A DNA stretch of 64,000 nt, taken from Piromyces finnis finn (taxonomy: Eukaryota > Fungi > Neocallimastigomycota). The DNA is taken from assembly GCA_002104945.1 (NCBI GenBank), contig MCFH01000068.1:192899-256898 (forward strand). Direction: 5' to 3'. The notes under the pieces are model-generated. The model was not told the DNA's origin and made no database searches. It saw only the letters and a list, made by a program, of their open reading frames with translations. Position numbers and translations under genes: made by a program. This document shows positions 32,238 to 42,743 of this stretch, piece after piece; within the stretch, counting starts at the first letter, position 1, and each line of letters begins with the position of its first letter.

Positions 32238-35200
32238 TTATAAGGAATCTTTTCTCGAAGGAATTTCAATTACAAATGGTTGGTATCTATGCTTGATTAG
32301 ATTACCAACTTTATTCTTTCTAATTTTCATGGAGGAGTCGTTCGACTTATATTTTGACTTTTTAGAGTTTCTTTCAAACTCTTGTATTAATTGTTTATCT
32401 GGAATCTGATCTTCAGAAATCCAAGTGGATTTGTCAAATCCTTTCCATGATAACTTATAAAATGTTTCACCATTAACGGATTTCATCTTTTCAATTTTCT
32501 CTGGAATTTTTTCAATTAAATCTGTGTTAAGGTGAATGTTCCTCTTCCTACGATTAGACCTGTCGTTAAACATGTTTTCAAAGTATGGTTCTAACAATGA
32601 AACATGAAAGACTGGATGACATCTCATTGTCTTTGGAAGTTTCAATTTGAAAGCGAGAGAACTAACTTTTTCAATTATCTCAAATGGACCAAGCATTTGA
32701 GGTGCTAATTTTCTCTTTAGGTTAGTTCCAGGAGAATCTTTCAATAACCATACCTTCTTTCCCACTTCGAACTCCGGGGGAATCATTCTCTTCATATCGG
32801 CATATTTCTTATATGTTTCTTTTGCTTTTTCTAAGTTTTCTTTTAATAATTTAAAGTTTTCATTCATATCAATTACTCTTTGTTCAGCTCTACTAGGTCT
32901 ATCATTAGCTGGAATTTCTAAGCTGAACTTTGGATGAAAACCATAATTAGCAAAGAATGGGGATTGATTTATAGATTGTTGTAAAGTATTATTATATGCA
33001 AATTCAGCAAATGGGATAAGATCAACCCAGTTATTCTGCTTTTTATTTATAAAACAACGGAAATATTGTTCTAATATGCCGTTCACCCTCTCCGTTTGAC
33101 CATCTGTCTGCGGATGGTTGGCAGTCGATAATGAATGATTGATATTAAGAAGGTCACAAAGTCTTGACCAAAAGTCAGAAGTAAATTGCGAGCCTCTATC
33201 AGAAATGATGGAATCAGGAAGACCATGCAAACGGAAGACATTAGCAATAAAAGCATCAGCAGCAATCGAAGCAGTAGGAAGACAACGTAAAGGAATGGCG
33301 TGAGCAAATTTAGTAAATCTATCGACAACAACCATGAGAGTTGTCATATCTCTGGACTTAGGAAGATCAACAATAAAATCAATAGAAATATCAGACCAGG
33401 GCCTACTGGGAGTGCCCAAGGGGGATAATAATCCATAAGGCTTATGTCTGGGGACTTTGGATTTGCAACAAGTCACGCAAGATTTGATAAAAGATTTAAC
33501 GTCTGAATGAAACCTTGGCCACCAAAAGTTTCTGGAAATCAGTTCAGTGGTTTTCTTAATACCGAAATGACCAGCAGCAACAGAATCATGATGAAGTTCC
33601 AAAACTCTTGTCCTAAGAGATTTAGGAACATAAATAAGATTATTATATAACAAAAATCCTTCATTATCAATAATAACTTTATCAATATTTTTAATAGGTG
33701 CATTACATGCAGAACCATTCATTTTAAATTGGACAATAGAATTATACAAATCGTCATTTTTAAGTTCTAATAAAATAGAATCGATTAACGGTTTGTTATC
33801 GCTATGATGAAACGAAATAGTAAGACAAGAAACATCAGAATTAATATTATTCTCTAAATGGTCACTTCTACGAGACAGGATATCAGGCTTACCGGATTTC
33901 TTTCCAGCTCTATAAATGAGTTTAAAATCAAATCTGGATAAGAACAAATTCCATCTAATTTGTCTCTGAGATAACATTTCAGGTTTTCTAGGAAATGTTA
34001 AATTCTTGTGATCAGTATAAATTATGAACGGATGACGTGCACCTTCTAAATAATGACGCCATTCTTCAAGAGCAACTACAATAGCTAAAAGTTCCTTGTC
34101 ATATATAGGATAGTTTCTTTGACAACTCGTCAAACTTTTAGAAAGAAATGCAATAGGATGTAATTTGCCATCAAATTCTTGAGAGAGAATAGCACCGACA
34201 GCATAATTACTAGCATCAGTTTCTACAATAAATTGATTATTACTATCCGCATGTTTCAGAATAGGAGCTGACGTGAACAGAGATTTTAATAAAATAAAAG
34301 CGTCCTGATCTTCTTTCACCCAGTTAAAAGCAACATTCTTTCTAGTGAGTTTGTGAAGAGGGTTTGCAATTTTAGCAAAGTCTTTAATAAAAATTCTGTA
34401 ATAGTTGCATAAACCAATAAAAGACTGAACCTCTTTAACATTCTTGGGAACCGGCCAATCGAGAATTGCTTTAACTTTATTTTCATCCATTTGCAATCCA
34501 TCCTTTGAAATGACATAACCAAGAAAAGTGGTTTTCTCAACATCAAACTCACATTTTTCTAATTTAACATAAAGATTATTTTCAAGTAGTTTCTTAAGTA
34601 CCTTTTTAACATGCACATGATGTTCTTCGATATTATTAGAATAAATAAGAATATCATCAATATATGAGATAACAAAATCGTCTAAATAGTCACTAAGGAC
34701 ATCGTTAATGAAGTGTTGAAAAGTTGCAGGTGCATTCTTTAATCCAAAAGGCATAACCAGATATTCAAAATGTCCATATCTAGTACGAAAAGCCGTTTTG
34801 TATTCGTCACCTTCTTTAATACGAACAAGATTATAAGCGGATTTAAGGTCTAATTTAGTAAAAATCTTAGCATTTTTCACCCTATCCAAAAGGTCACTAA
34901 TTAAAGGTAAAGGATATGAATTACGAATGGTAATATCATTCAACTTTCTATAATCGATACAAAGTCTTAGGGAGCCATCCTTCTTTTTAACAAATAAAAT
35001 TGGGGCACCAGCAGGAGACGATGATTTCCTAATAAAACCTTTATTTAAATTATCATCAATATATTTTTTAAGTTCCTCTCTTTCAACTTCAGTTAATGGA
35101 TACAAAGGTCCATAAAATAAAGTCGAATCATCTTTAAGTTTGATTTCACAATCATAAGGTCTATGAGGAGGTAACACTTCACAATTTTTTTCATTAAACA

Positions 35201-36788
35201 CTTCACTAAATTCTAAATATTGGGTTGGTACGGCGACCAATTTATCTTTATTAATATCTTTTCCATTATTATTATTATTACTACATGATTCATTATCATT
35301 ATTACATGTTTCATTAATTTTTGTTACAATACATTTAACTTTTTTATTAAAACTAATATATTCATCATCGCTATCATCTTCATCATTGATGGTTCTAACA
35401 AGGCGGCCTTTAACATATTCTTTTTCTTCATTGTTTGGGACAGAGGGATCTACTTTCGGCTTTTTGGTCAAGCTTCGGTCGAGAACATCATGATCTAACT
35501 GATCATTCTTTGACTTCTTTCTTGGTTTTCTCTTTCTTTTGCCTTTATTACAATGTCTGGCACAATAACCAGAACTAAAAGCGATTTTCTTAGAGTCGTA
35601 GAAAGCATTTGGATTATGCTTCTTTATCCACGGCAAACCAAGAATAACATTAACACCGGGGACTTGTAATCCATAAAGTTGAATTACTTCGAAGTGATTT
35701 TTGCAACGGAGCATGCACTTCTCAGTCCTTTCCCAAACACTAACAACTCCATCACTAACACCAGATACACGGAATGGTTCTACTTTTTCCAAATTAATAC
35801 CAAGGTCTTCAGCAAGACTTGGATTAATGAAATTTAATTCGGAACCGGAATCAATTAAAACCTTAATTTTAACTTCCGAAACTTCATTGGTACTCAAGTA
35901 AAAATCCACAAGGTTTAAATCACTTTTCACTCCCTTGACTCCAACTTTGTAAATTTTTGGATTGACAATTTTTGGAGTCCTTTCTTTAACAATTCTTAAC
36001 ACTTTTCTGGGCTTTACTCTATTAGGACAATTAAATTTTAAATGTCCCGGTTGTTTACAAAGAAAACATAACCCTTTTTTCTTTTCTTCTTCAAAGTTAT
36101 CTATGTTTTCATTGTAATTTTTACTTGATCCTTGAATATTCACATACCTTTTTCGTTTATTCTCTCTACTAATTTTAAATACATCCACATCCATAGGATC
36201 ATTAGCCCTTCTACCATTAAAATAAAATTCACTTAAAGAATTCCTTTTCATCATATCTTCAACTAAAATAGTTGAAGAAATCAATTGTTCAATTGAAGTT
36301 GGGTTTGATTCAATGAAAGCCAACTTCTCCCTAAGTGGTGGTAATAAACCTTTCAGAAACATGTAGATTTTTGCGCTATCATTAAAGCTTGAATTTTGGC
36401 TAATACGTTGAAACTCGGTAATGTAATCTAATACCTGACCAAGTTTCCTTTGGCGAAGATTATCTAATTTTCCGTTAGCTACAACGGTATCGTATCTATA
36501 ACTGCCAAAATTAGCCTTCAACCTATCTACAAATTCATCATAATGGTTTAAAACCCCACTATTATTCTTCATCAACACTGAAGCCCATTCCAAAGGTTTA
36601 CCAGAGAAGTATGATATAACGAAGTCGACCTTGACTCGATCTGTATTATACAGTGTCGGTCGAGTACGAAATACCAACTCAACTCTGGTTAAAAATCCAT
36701 CCAATTCTCTTTGTTTACCAGAAAATATCGGTGGAGCATTAATAATGTTCCCCGAATTCCCAGAAACACCCACAGTCCTATCACCCAT
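32238..36788 (-). CDS. gag-pol: C Gag-Pol polyprotein with chromodomain-like C-terminus (first ATG 36788; the frame is open to 36830)
   Basis: CFLCKQPGHLKFNC, VLIDSGS, YIDD, RNase H, HHCC and DDE integrase, GPF, FYKLSWKGF..STW. Confidence 0.96.
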   Translation of the reverse strand: MGDRTVGVSGNSGNIINAPPIFSGKQRELDGFLTRVELVFRTRPTLYNTDRVKVDFVISYFSGKPLEWASVLMKNNSGVLNHYDEFVDRLKANFGSYRYDTVVANGKLDNLRQRKLGQVLDYITEFQRISQNSSFNDSAKIYMFLKGLLPPLREKLAFIESNPTSIEQLISSTILVEDMMKRNSLSEFYFNGRRANDPMDVDVFKISRENKRKRYVNIQGSSKNYNENIDNFEEEKKKGLCFLCKQPGHLKFNCPNRVKPRKVLRIVKERTPKIVNPKIYKVGVKGVKSDLNLVDFYLSTNEVSEVKIKVLIDSGSELNFINPSLAEDLGINLEKVEPFRVSGVSDGVVSVWERTEKCMLRCKNHFEVIQLYGLQVPGVNVILGLPWIKKHNPNAFYDSKKIAFSSGYCARHCNKGKRKRKPRKKSKNDQLDHDVLDRSLTKKPKVDPSVPNNEEKEYVKGRLVRTINDEDDSDDEYISFNKKVKCIVTKINETCNNDNESCSNNNNNGKDINKDKLVAVPTQYLEFSEVFNEKNCEVLPPHRPYDCEIKLKDDSTLFYGPLYPLTEVEREELKKYIDDNLNKGFIRKSSSPAGAPILFVKKKDGSLRLCIDYRKLNDITIRNSYPLPLISDLLDRVKNAKIFTKLDLKSAYNLVRIKEGDEYKTAFRTRYGHFEYLVMPFGLKNAPATFQHFINDVLSDYLDDFVISYIDDILIYSNNIEEHHVHVKKVLKKLLENNLYVKLEKCEFDVEKTTFLGYVISKDGLQMDENKVKAILDWPVPKNVKEVQSFIGLCNYYRIFIKDFAKIANPLHKLTRKNVAFNWVKEDQDAFILLKSLFTSAPILKHADSNNQFIVETDASNYAVGAILSQEFDGKLHPIAFLSKSLTSCQRNYPIYDKELLAIVVALEEWRHYLEGARHPFIIYTDHKNLTFPRKPEMLSQRQIRWNLFLSRFDFKLIYRAGKKSGKPDILSRRSDHLENNINSDVSCLTISFHHSDNKPLIDSILLELKNDDLYNSIVQFKMNGSACNAPIKNIDKVIIDNEGFLLYNNLIYVPKSLRTRVLELHHDSVAAGHFGIKKTTELISRNFWWPRFHSDVKSFIKSCVTCCKSKVPRHKPYGLLSPLGTPSRPWSDISIDFIVDLPKSRDMTTLMVVVDRFTKFAHAIPLRCLPTASIAADAFIANVFRLHGLPDSIISDRGSQFTSDFWSRLCDLLNINHSLSTANHPQTDGQTERVNGILEQYFRCFINKKQNNWVDLIPFAEFAYNNTLQQSINQSPFFANYGFHPKFSLEIPANDRPSRAEQRVIDMNENFKLLKENLEKAKETYKKYADMKRMIPPEFEVGKKVWLLKDSPGTNLKRKLAPQMLGPFEIIEKVSSLAFKLKLPKTMRCHPVFHVSLLEPYFENMFNDRSNRRKRNIHLNTDLIEKIPEKIEKMKSVNGETFYKLSWKGFDKSTWISEDQIPDKQLIQEFERNSKKSKYKSNDSSMKIRKNKVGNLIKHRYQPFVIEIPSRKDSL

Positions 36789-37021
36789 CTCTAAATTTAA
36801 ATTTTCAAACTCACTAATTAAGTCCTCCAACGTTAAATATAAAACAAAATATAAAAAATGTTTTCTTACTACTGTTTCAAGTAAGTAATTTTTTTTTTTT
36901 TTTAAAAGAAAAAACTATTTCTACAAAAACGATGTTAGTTAATACAAAAGTTATTCAAACTCGATCTGTTATACAGTGTCGAACAAGTTTTGTATTATAT
37001 AATAATAATATTAATCAGAGT

Positions 37022-37068
<47 letters not shown>

Positions 37069-37078
37069 CTTCTGCTAG

Positions 37079-37288
37079 GGTAGCAACAAAGTTTCTTCAA
37101 TACTCTCTTGAACCAAGGTAGCAACAAAGTTTCTTCAATACTCTCTTGAACCAAGGTAGCAACAAAGTTTCTTCAATACTCTCTTGAACTAAGGTAGCAA
37201 CAAAGTTTCTTCAATAATCTCTTGAACCAAGGTAGCAACAAAGTTTCTTCAATAATCTCTTGAACCAAGGTAGCAACAAAGTTTCTTC
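37079..37288. repeat. 38-bp tandem repeat, ~5.5 copies, in the 5' leader of C
   Basis: Unit GGTAGCAACAAAGTTTCTTCAATACTCTCTTGAACCAA, head-to-tail with no spacers. Confidence 0.95.
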
Positions 37289-37326
37289 GGGCGGTAGATA
37301 TCCTAACGTACTCTTGAAGTAGTTAG

Positions 37327-37470
37327 GTAATTGTTATTGTAATGCTGACACAGAAAGAATAGATTAGGATATCTATTCTATTACAATAACACAAAATTTA
37401 AAATAAAATAAAAAATTGTTTTATTAAAAATATCTTTTATTATAATAGAAATTTTATTAATAACAATTAC
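37327..37470 (-). promoter_or_regulatory. C self-priming pair: GTAATTGTTAT (37470-37460) and PBS ATAACAATTAC (37337-37327)
   Basis: 11-nt perfect complementarity; TATAAATA on - starts 35 nt upstream (37505). Confidence 0.85.
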
Positions 37471-38693
37471 ATCGATAAAATGATGAAAAATATCTTCTAT
37501 TTATATTTTTCCTAAATACATTTATATTATATTATAACTATTTATTTCTTATATATTATTATTTAAAATCTACACTAAAATCTTAATTATTAATAAATAT
37601 TTAAACTATAACTATTTTTAGTAAAATACAATTGGCAATTCAAATTAAGTACTATTCAATTTGAATATGTGCCCATGTATTATTGATATATTAATCATTT
37701 ATTATTTATTTATTTCTATGAAAAAACAATACTAAAACTAGGGATTTAAATTGAGAATATTAATTTACTTGTTAAACATTAAAAATAAATTAATAATTTA
37801 TTTTGTTTTAAACTTTAATTATTAATAAATAAATTATGTCTCATTTTCTTTTTCTGAATATAATTTGTGTAACTTAAACAATAATACTTGTGGCTTAAGT
37901 TACATTAAAGATATCAAACAGAGGCGTTTGATATCTTTACAGTTTATTAGAAAGCTTAAGGAAAAAGCTATATTTTGGTACAATCGCGGTCCTTCTAACT
38001 GGTCATTTAAGAAAGATATGGTCATTTGAAGATTTTAATAAGTAAATTAAAATCAATATGATATCAAGTATGGATCATAGACATTTCTTATGACTTGACG
38101 AAAATTAAAAAGATATCAATAGAAATTTTAATTATATTAATTTAATTAATGATAGTGACTGTTACTAAAAATAGAACAAATAGAACTAAACCATTTAGGT
38201 GTAACAGTTAACATTTATAAATTAAATAATTCTAATTATTATAAAATAGGTTAATGGATCAAGTGTTTAAATGATTAATCATATGTTTATTTTATTTTTA
38301 TGTCATGACAAAACAAACAAACAAACAAACAATCATATTACTTATCTAATTATATTATTAACATATTACATGTAATACTTTATTTTTTATCAATTTAATA
38401 ATCTGAACAAAGAATATAAAATAGAAGGAATTGAATTCGATTTTAATTCTTTGTAAAGATTTTAGTTATAATCTTAATTATATAGTTATTAAATATATTA
38501 TCATTTATATTATTATTACTAAATAAATAAAATTTTATAAAAGGTTATTCTAAAAAATAAATATTAATTTTTCATTTGGAAGTTTAAAGTGTTATTTTAT
38601 ATTTAAATTTATTTTCTTAAAAAACATATTTACTATATAATTAATAACATTCTGACCTGGCCGCATAACCAAATCCCAAAACTTAACAATACG

Positions 38694-39338
38694 TGTCAAA
38701 ATCACAATTCATGAAATTTGACATTTCATGAAATTTCATAATTTTGAATTAATAGTTAAATTAATTAAAATATTAATTTAATAATATTTTACTAATAATA
38801 GTTTATTTAATATAAATATTAATTGGAAAGCTATTTATTATCCGGAGATAAATAGTGTAACAATTAATTAATATTAAACAAACCAATTAGTAAAATAAGA
38901 TTCATTTAAATAATTATTAATATTATTTTTAACAACTTATTAATATCGATATTTAAAGAAAATTATATTATTATTATTATTATTATATTTTATTAATATT
39001 TATATTTATATTATTATACATGTATAACTTAAATTATATTATTATTATACTTTATTAATATCAACATTATATTAAAAATGAAAGTATAAATAAGTTGAAC
39101 AAAGAACAACTTTAAGAAGTTCTTTGTGAGATTATTATACTCATTTTTATATAGTAAATTCAATATTTAAAATTAATAATTATCATTTATTTATTTTATA
39201 AAAATTAAATAAAATATTTCTTAAAAAACTATATTTATTACTCTTTTATTTATAAAAATTTATTATTTACTATATAATTAAGCCTATCTTAACCTAGTAG
39301 ACTTAATTATAGTTCTAAATCCACTCTAACTTTTGACA
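38694..39338. repeat. LTR- or MITE-like element W with TGTCAAAA...TTTTGACA termini
   Basis: 8-bp terminal inverted repeat, AT-rich interior, no matching TSD. Confidence 0.4.
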
Positions 39339-39384
39339 ACACAAGAATTTAACATTTCCTAGAAAACCTGAAATGTTATCTCAG
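39339..39384 (+). pseudogene. 46-bp sliver of C-family RNase H coding sequence
   Basis: CACAAGAATTTAACATTTCCTAGAAAACCTGAAATGTTATCTCAG (HKNLTFPRKPEMLSQ) matches 33966-34010 (-). Confidence 0.8.
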
Positions 39385-39962
39385 TGTAACGAATCGTTGT
39401 AACAATAACATATATAAAAATTTAAAAAATTTGGACACATGAAAAAAAATAAAAATTTTTTTAAAATTTGAAAATTTGAAAAAATTTATTTTTTAAATTT
39501 TTATTAAAAAATTTCAAATTATAAAATTTCTAATATTTGAAATTATTAAATTTTTTTTAAAAATTATTATAATTTTATTATAAAAAATTTTTATTTTAAA
39601 TTTATTAACTATTTACAATAATTATATTAATTATTAATTTATAAAAATTAAATATTTTATAATTAGACAATAATTAATTAATTTTAAAAAATGTAATAAT
39701 TAAAATTGTTCATGTATAAAAAGAACAAAAATTGACAAAAATTACGAAGCTTTAGCGTTAGTAATTTTTTAACTTAAAGTTAATAAAATTTATAAACTCC
39801 TATAAAACCTAAAACTTTAAAAATTTTAATATTTTTAATAACTTAATATATGCTGATATTAAGTTATTGCTAAAATAAAAATATTATTTAATTTTCTTTA
39901 TATAAATATTATTAGCTTTACGCCTTCAATAGGAAAGCGTATTATATTTGTTAATTAATATA

Positions 39963-40967
39963 TGTTAAGTTTTTGGATTTGGTTATGCGGCCAGGTCAGA
40001 ATGTTATCAATTATATAGTAAATATGTTTTTTAAGAAAATAAATTTAAATATAAAATAACACTTTAAACTTCCAAATGAAAAATTAATATTTATTTTTTA
40101 GAATAACCTTTTATAAAATTTTATTTATTTAGTAATAATAATATAAATGATAATATATTTAATAACTATATAATTAAGATTATAACTAAAATCTTTACAA
40201 AGAATTAAAATCGAATTCAATTCCTTCTATTTTATATTCTTTGTTCAGATTATTAAATTGATAAAAAATAAAGTATTACATGTAATATGTTAATAATATA
40301 ATTAGATAAGTAATATGATTGTTTGTTTGTTTGTTTGTTTTGTCATGACATAAAAATAAAATAAACATATGATTAATCATTTAAACACTTGATCCATTAA
40401 CCTATTTTATAATAATTAGAATTATTTAATTTATAAATGTTAACTGTTACACCTAAATGGTTTAGTTCTATTTTTAGTAACAGTCACTATCATTAATTAA
40501 ATTAATATAATTAAAATTTCTATTGATATCTTTTTAATTTTCGTCAAGTCATAAGAAATGTCTATGATCCATACTTGATATCATATTGATTTTAATTTAC
40601 TTATTAAAATCTTCAAATGACCATATCTTTCTTAAATGACCAGTTAGAAGGACCGCGATTGTACCAAAATATAGCTTTTTCCTTAAGCTTTCTAATAAAC
40701 TTGGTTTCACAGCCGTATCACTTACAACCGTAGCGATCGTTTTTGGCGAGTTACGCCTTGTTTCGTGTTTGTTTATTTTTGGCTAAGGGTTATAGTGTAT
40801 TGATATTAAATTTTTGAAATCATAACCCTTTCACTGAATCAAAATTTAAAAGGTGACTTTTAAAGGTGTTTTAAAATAATTATTGGGATCATTTAATTCT
40901 AATTATTATGTTTAATTAATTATAGATATTATCTGAATTTGTTTTAAGTCCAATTAATATCTTCACA
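39963..40967 (+). repeat. Solo LTR family X, copy 3, no TSD
   Basis: Full-length homolog of 3026-4029; the flanks ATATA and AGTAT differ. Confidence 0.9.
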
Positions 40968-41035
40968 AGTATTCGTGACATATTAATACATTATTCTATT
41001 AATACAATATTTTACAGTTGGTTCCTTAACAAGAA

Positions 41036-41732
41036 TGTTACGGTTCGAGGAATTTAATTTTATTTATAAAATATTAATAAATTTATTAATACTCAAAAAT
41101 AATATTAAAATGAAATAAGAAAAAGTGTTTTATTAATAAAATTGTTTTATTAAGATATTAATATAAAATAAAATAAAAATAAAAATAAAAATATCTGTAT
41201 ATTCTCTAATTCTTATAATATACACCTTTTTATACTTTTTGTAAGAAATTAAGTAGTGTTAATTAAAAGAATTAGTCTTTAATTATTTACATTAATTTTA
41301 GTATTTAAATTACTTTTAAATCAATAATAAAATTACATTACTATTATAATAAATATTTATACATATTATTAAATTGATTAACATACATTAAAAGTTTACT
41401 TTAAATATATTTAAATAAAGAATTTTACTATTTTACAGAAATATTATTCATAATTTTAATTAATAAAAATTCATTAACTTGATAAATTAACTAAAAGTTC
41501 AATAAACTATAATTTTCAATATATTATTATTACTAAATTAATTTTTAAGTTTAATAAAATAAAATTTAAGTTCAATAAAAATAATTATAAATAATTTTAA
41601 ATATAATTTAAGTGTATACATTAATTTACAAATAAGAATATTGTAAAGTTTTCATACATTTAGGAACAATAATGGATTAGGTCATAATCATTAATTATGA
41701 CAAGAATAACATTATTTGTTGGTTCCTTAACA
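41036..41732 (+). repeat. Solo LTR family V, 4-bp TSD AGAA
   Basis: TGTTACGG...CCTTAACA; preceded by a 15-bp end of another V copy. Confidence 0.85.
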
Positions 41733-42160
41733 AGAATACTAGAAATAACTAAATTGCCTTAGTAGTTAGTAGCTAAGACTTTGAGTGTGAATGACATTAG
41801 TTCGAGAACGCATAGATACTATTTTAAAAATTATAATTTTATTTTATTTTATTTTTAAATTTTATTTTATATGAAGATTATTGATTGGCTAAGAATTTTA
41901 AGTTGAAAAAATTTTATAAATTAATTTAAAAAATTTTTAGTATAAATACGAGTGAATTTTCCCAAATATTTTAAAAAATCGAGATTTTATTAATAAATAA
42001 TTATATTATTAAACACTAACTTATTAAGTTAAATTTTATGTGTTTTTAATAATATTTTTATAAATTAATAATTTACAGAATATTTTAAAGTGTTAATATT
42101 ATTAAGTTATTTAGTAAATATTATAATTTGTTTTTATTGTTAAAGACACATTTCTTTACA
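41733..42160 (+). repeat. Z-like LTR
   Basis: Hairpin GCCTTAG-N10-CTAAGAC (41756-41779), GTTCGA at 41800, TATAAATACGAGTGAA shared with 10313-10327, end TCTTTACA. Confidence 0.7.
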
Positions 42161-42193
42161 ATAACTAAAATAATTATAATAATATTGAATATA

Positions 42194-42743
42194 ATGAGTA
42201 TAATAGTAAATGGTTTCAATAGTTATAATAAAAACAACACATTGAATAATAATGCATTTAATAATGTCAGTAATGTCAATGTGAATAATATGAAGAATAA
42301 CTTTAATGATAGTGATAACAGGAACGATATTAATAATAATTACCCTAATCAATTAAATTATAAATATTATAATAATTATTATAAAAAGAACTTACCAGAA
42401 AATAATTACAATAAAGCAACCAAAATTAATTTAAACAATCCATCTGAATCAAATAATTTAAACTATGGGAGAAGGACAACTCCCAGTAATCAAACCAAGT
42501 TTGGCAATTCTTTTGATTCAAATGACGAAATAAATGAAAATATTATGTATGTTCATAATAATGAACTAAATGGGAATAATTATTTCTATGATAGTAATAA
42601 TGTTAATTTTAACAACAACCATATTACTAATTTTATTTATAATGATACTACTAATAATAATAATAATAACAATTCTTATGATATTAATAACAATTCTTAT
42701 AATAATAATTATAATAATAATAATTATATATATGACAATAATA
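42194..42743 (+). other. Asn/Tyr/Asp-rich low-complexity ORF cut by the LINE; similar sequence resumes at 48320-48540
   Basis: Same composition on both sides of the LINE TSD; no domain recognised. Confidence 0.4.

Larger units (their letters stand above)
31598..37941 (-). mobile_element. Intact Ty3/gypsy chromovirus C
   Basis: 604-bp LTRs 31598-32201 and 37338-37941 that look identical; TSD GTTTA; PPT (TTAGAGAGAGAGAT on -) beside 32201; single ORF. Confidence 0.97.
31326..38688 (-). repeat. Solo LTR family X, copy 2, split by element C
   Basis: Pieces 31326-31597 and 37942-38688; TSD ATACG (31321-31325 and 38689-38693). Confidence 0.92.

Noticed and set aside
37079-37288. 38-bp repeats as a CRISPR array
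   Set aside because: Head-to-tail with no spacers, inside a retrotransposon leader, and no cas genes.
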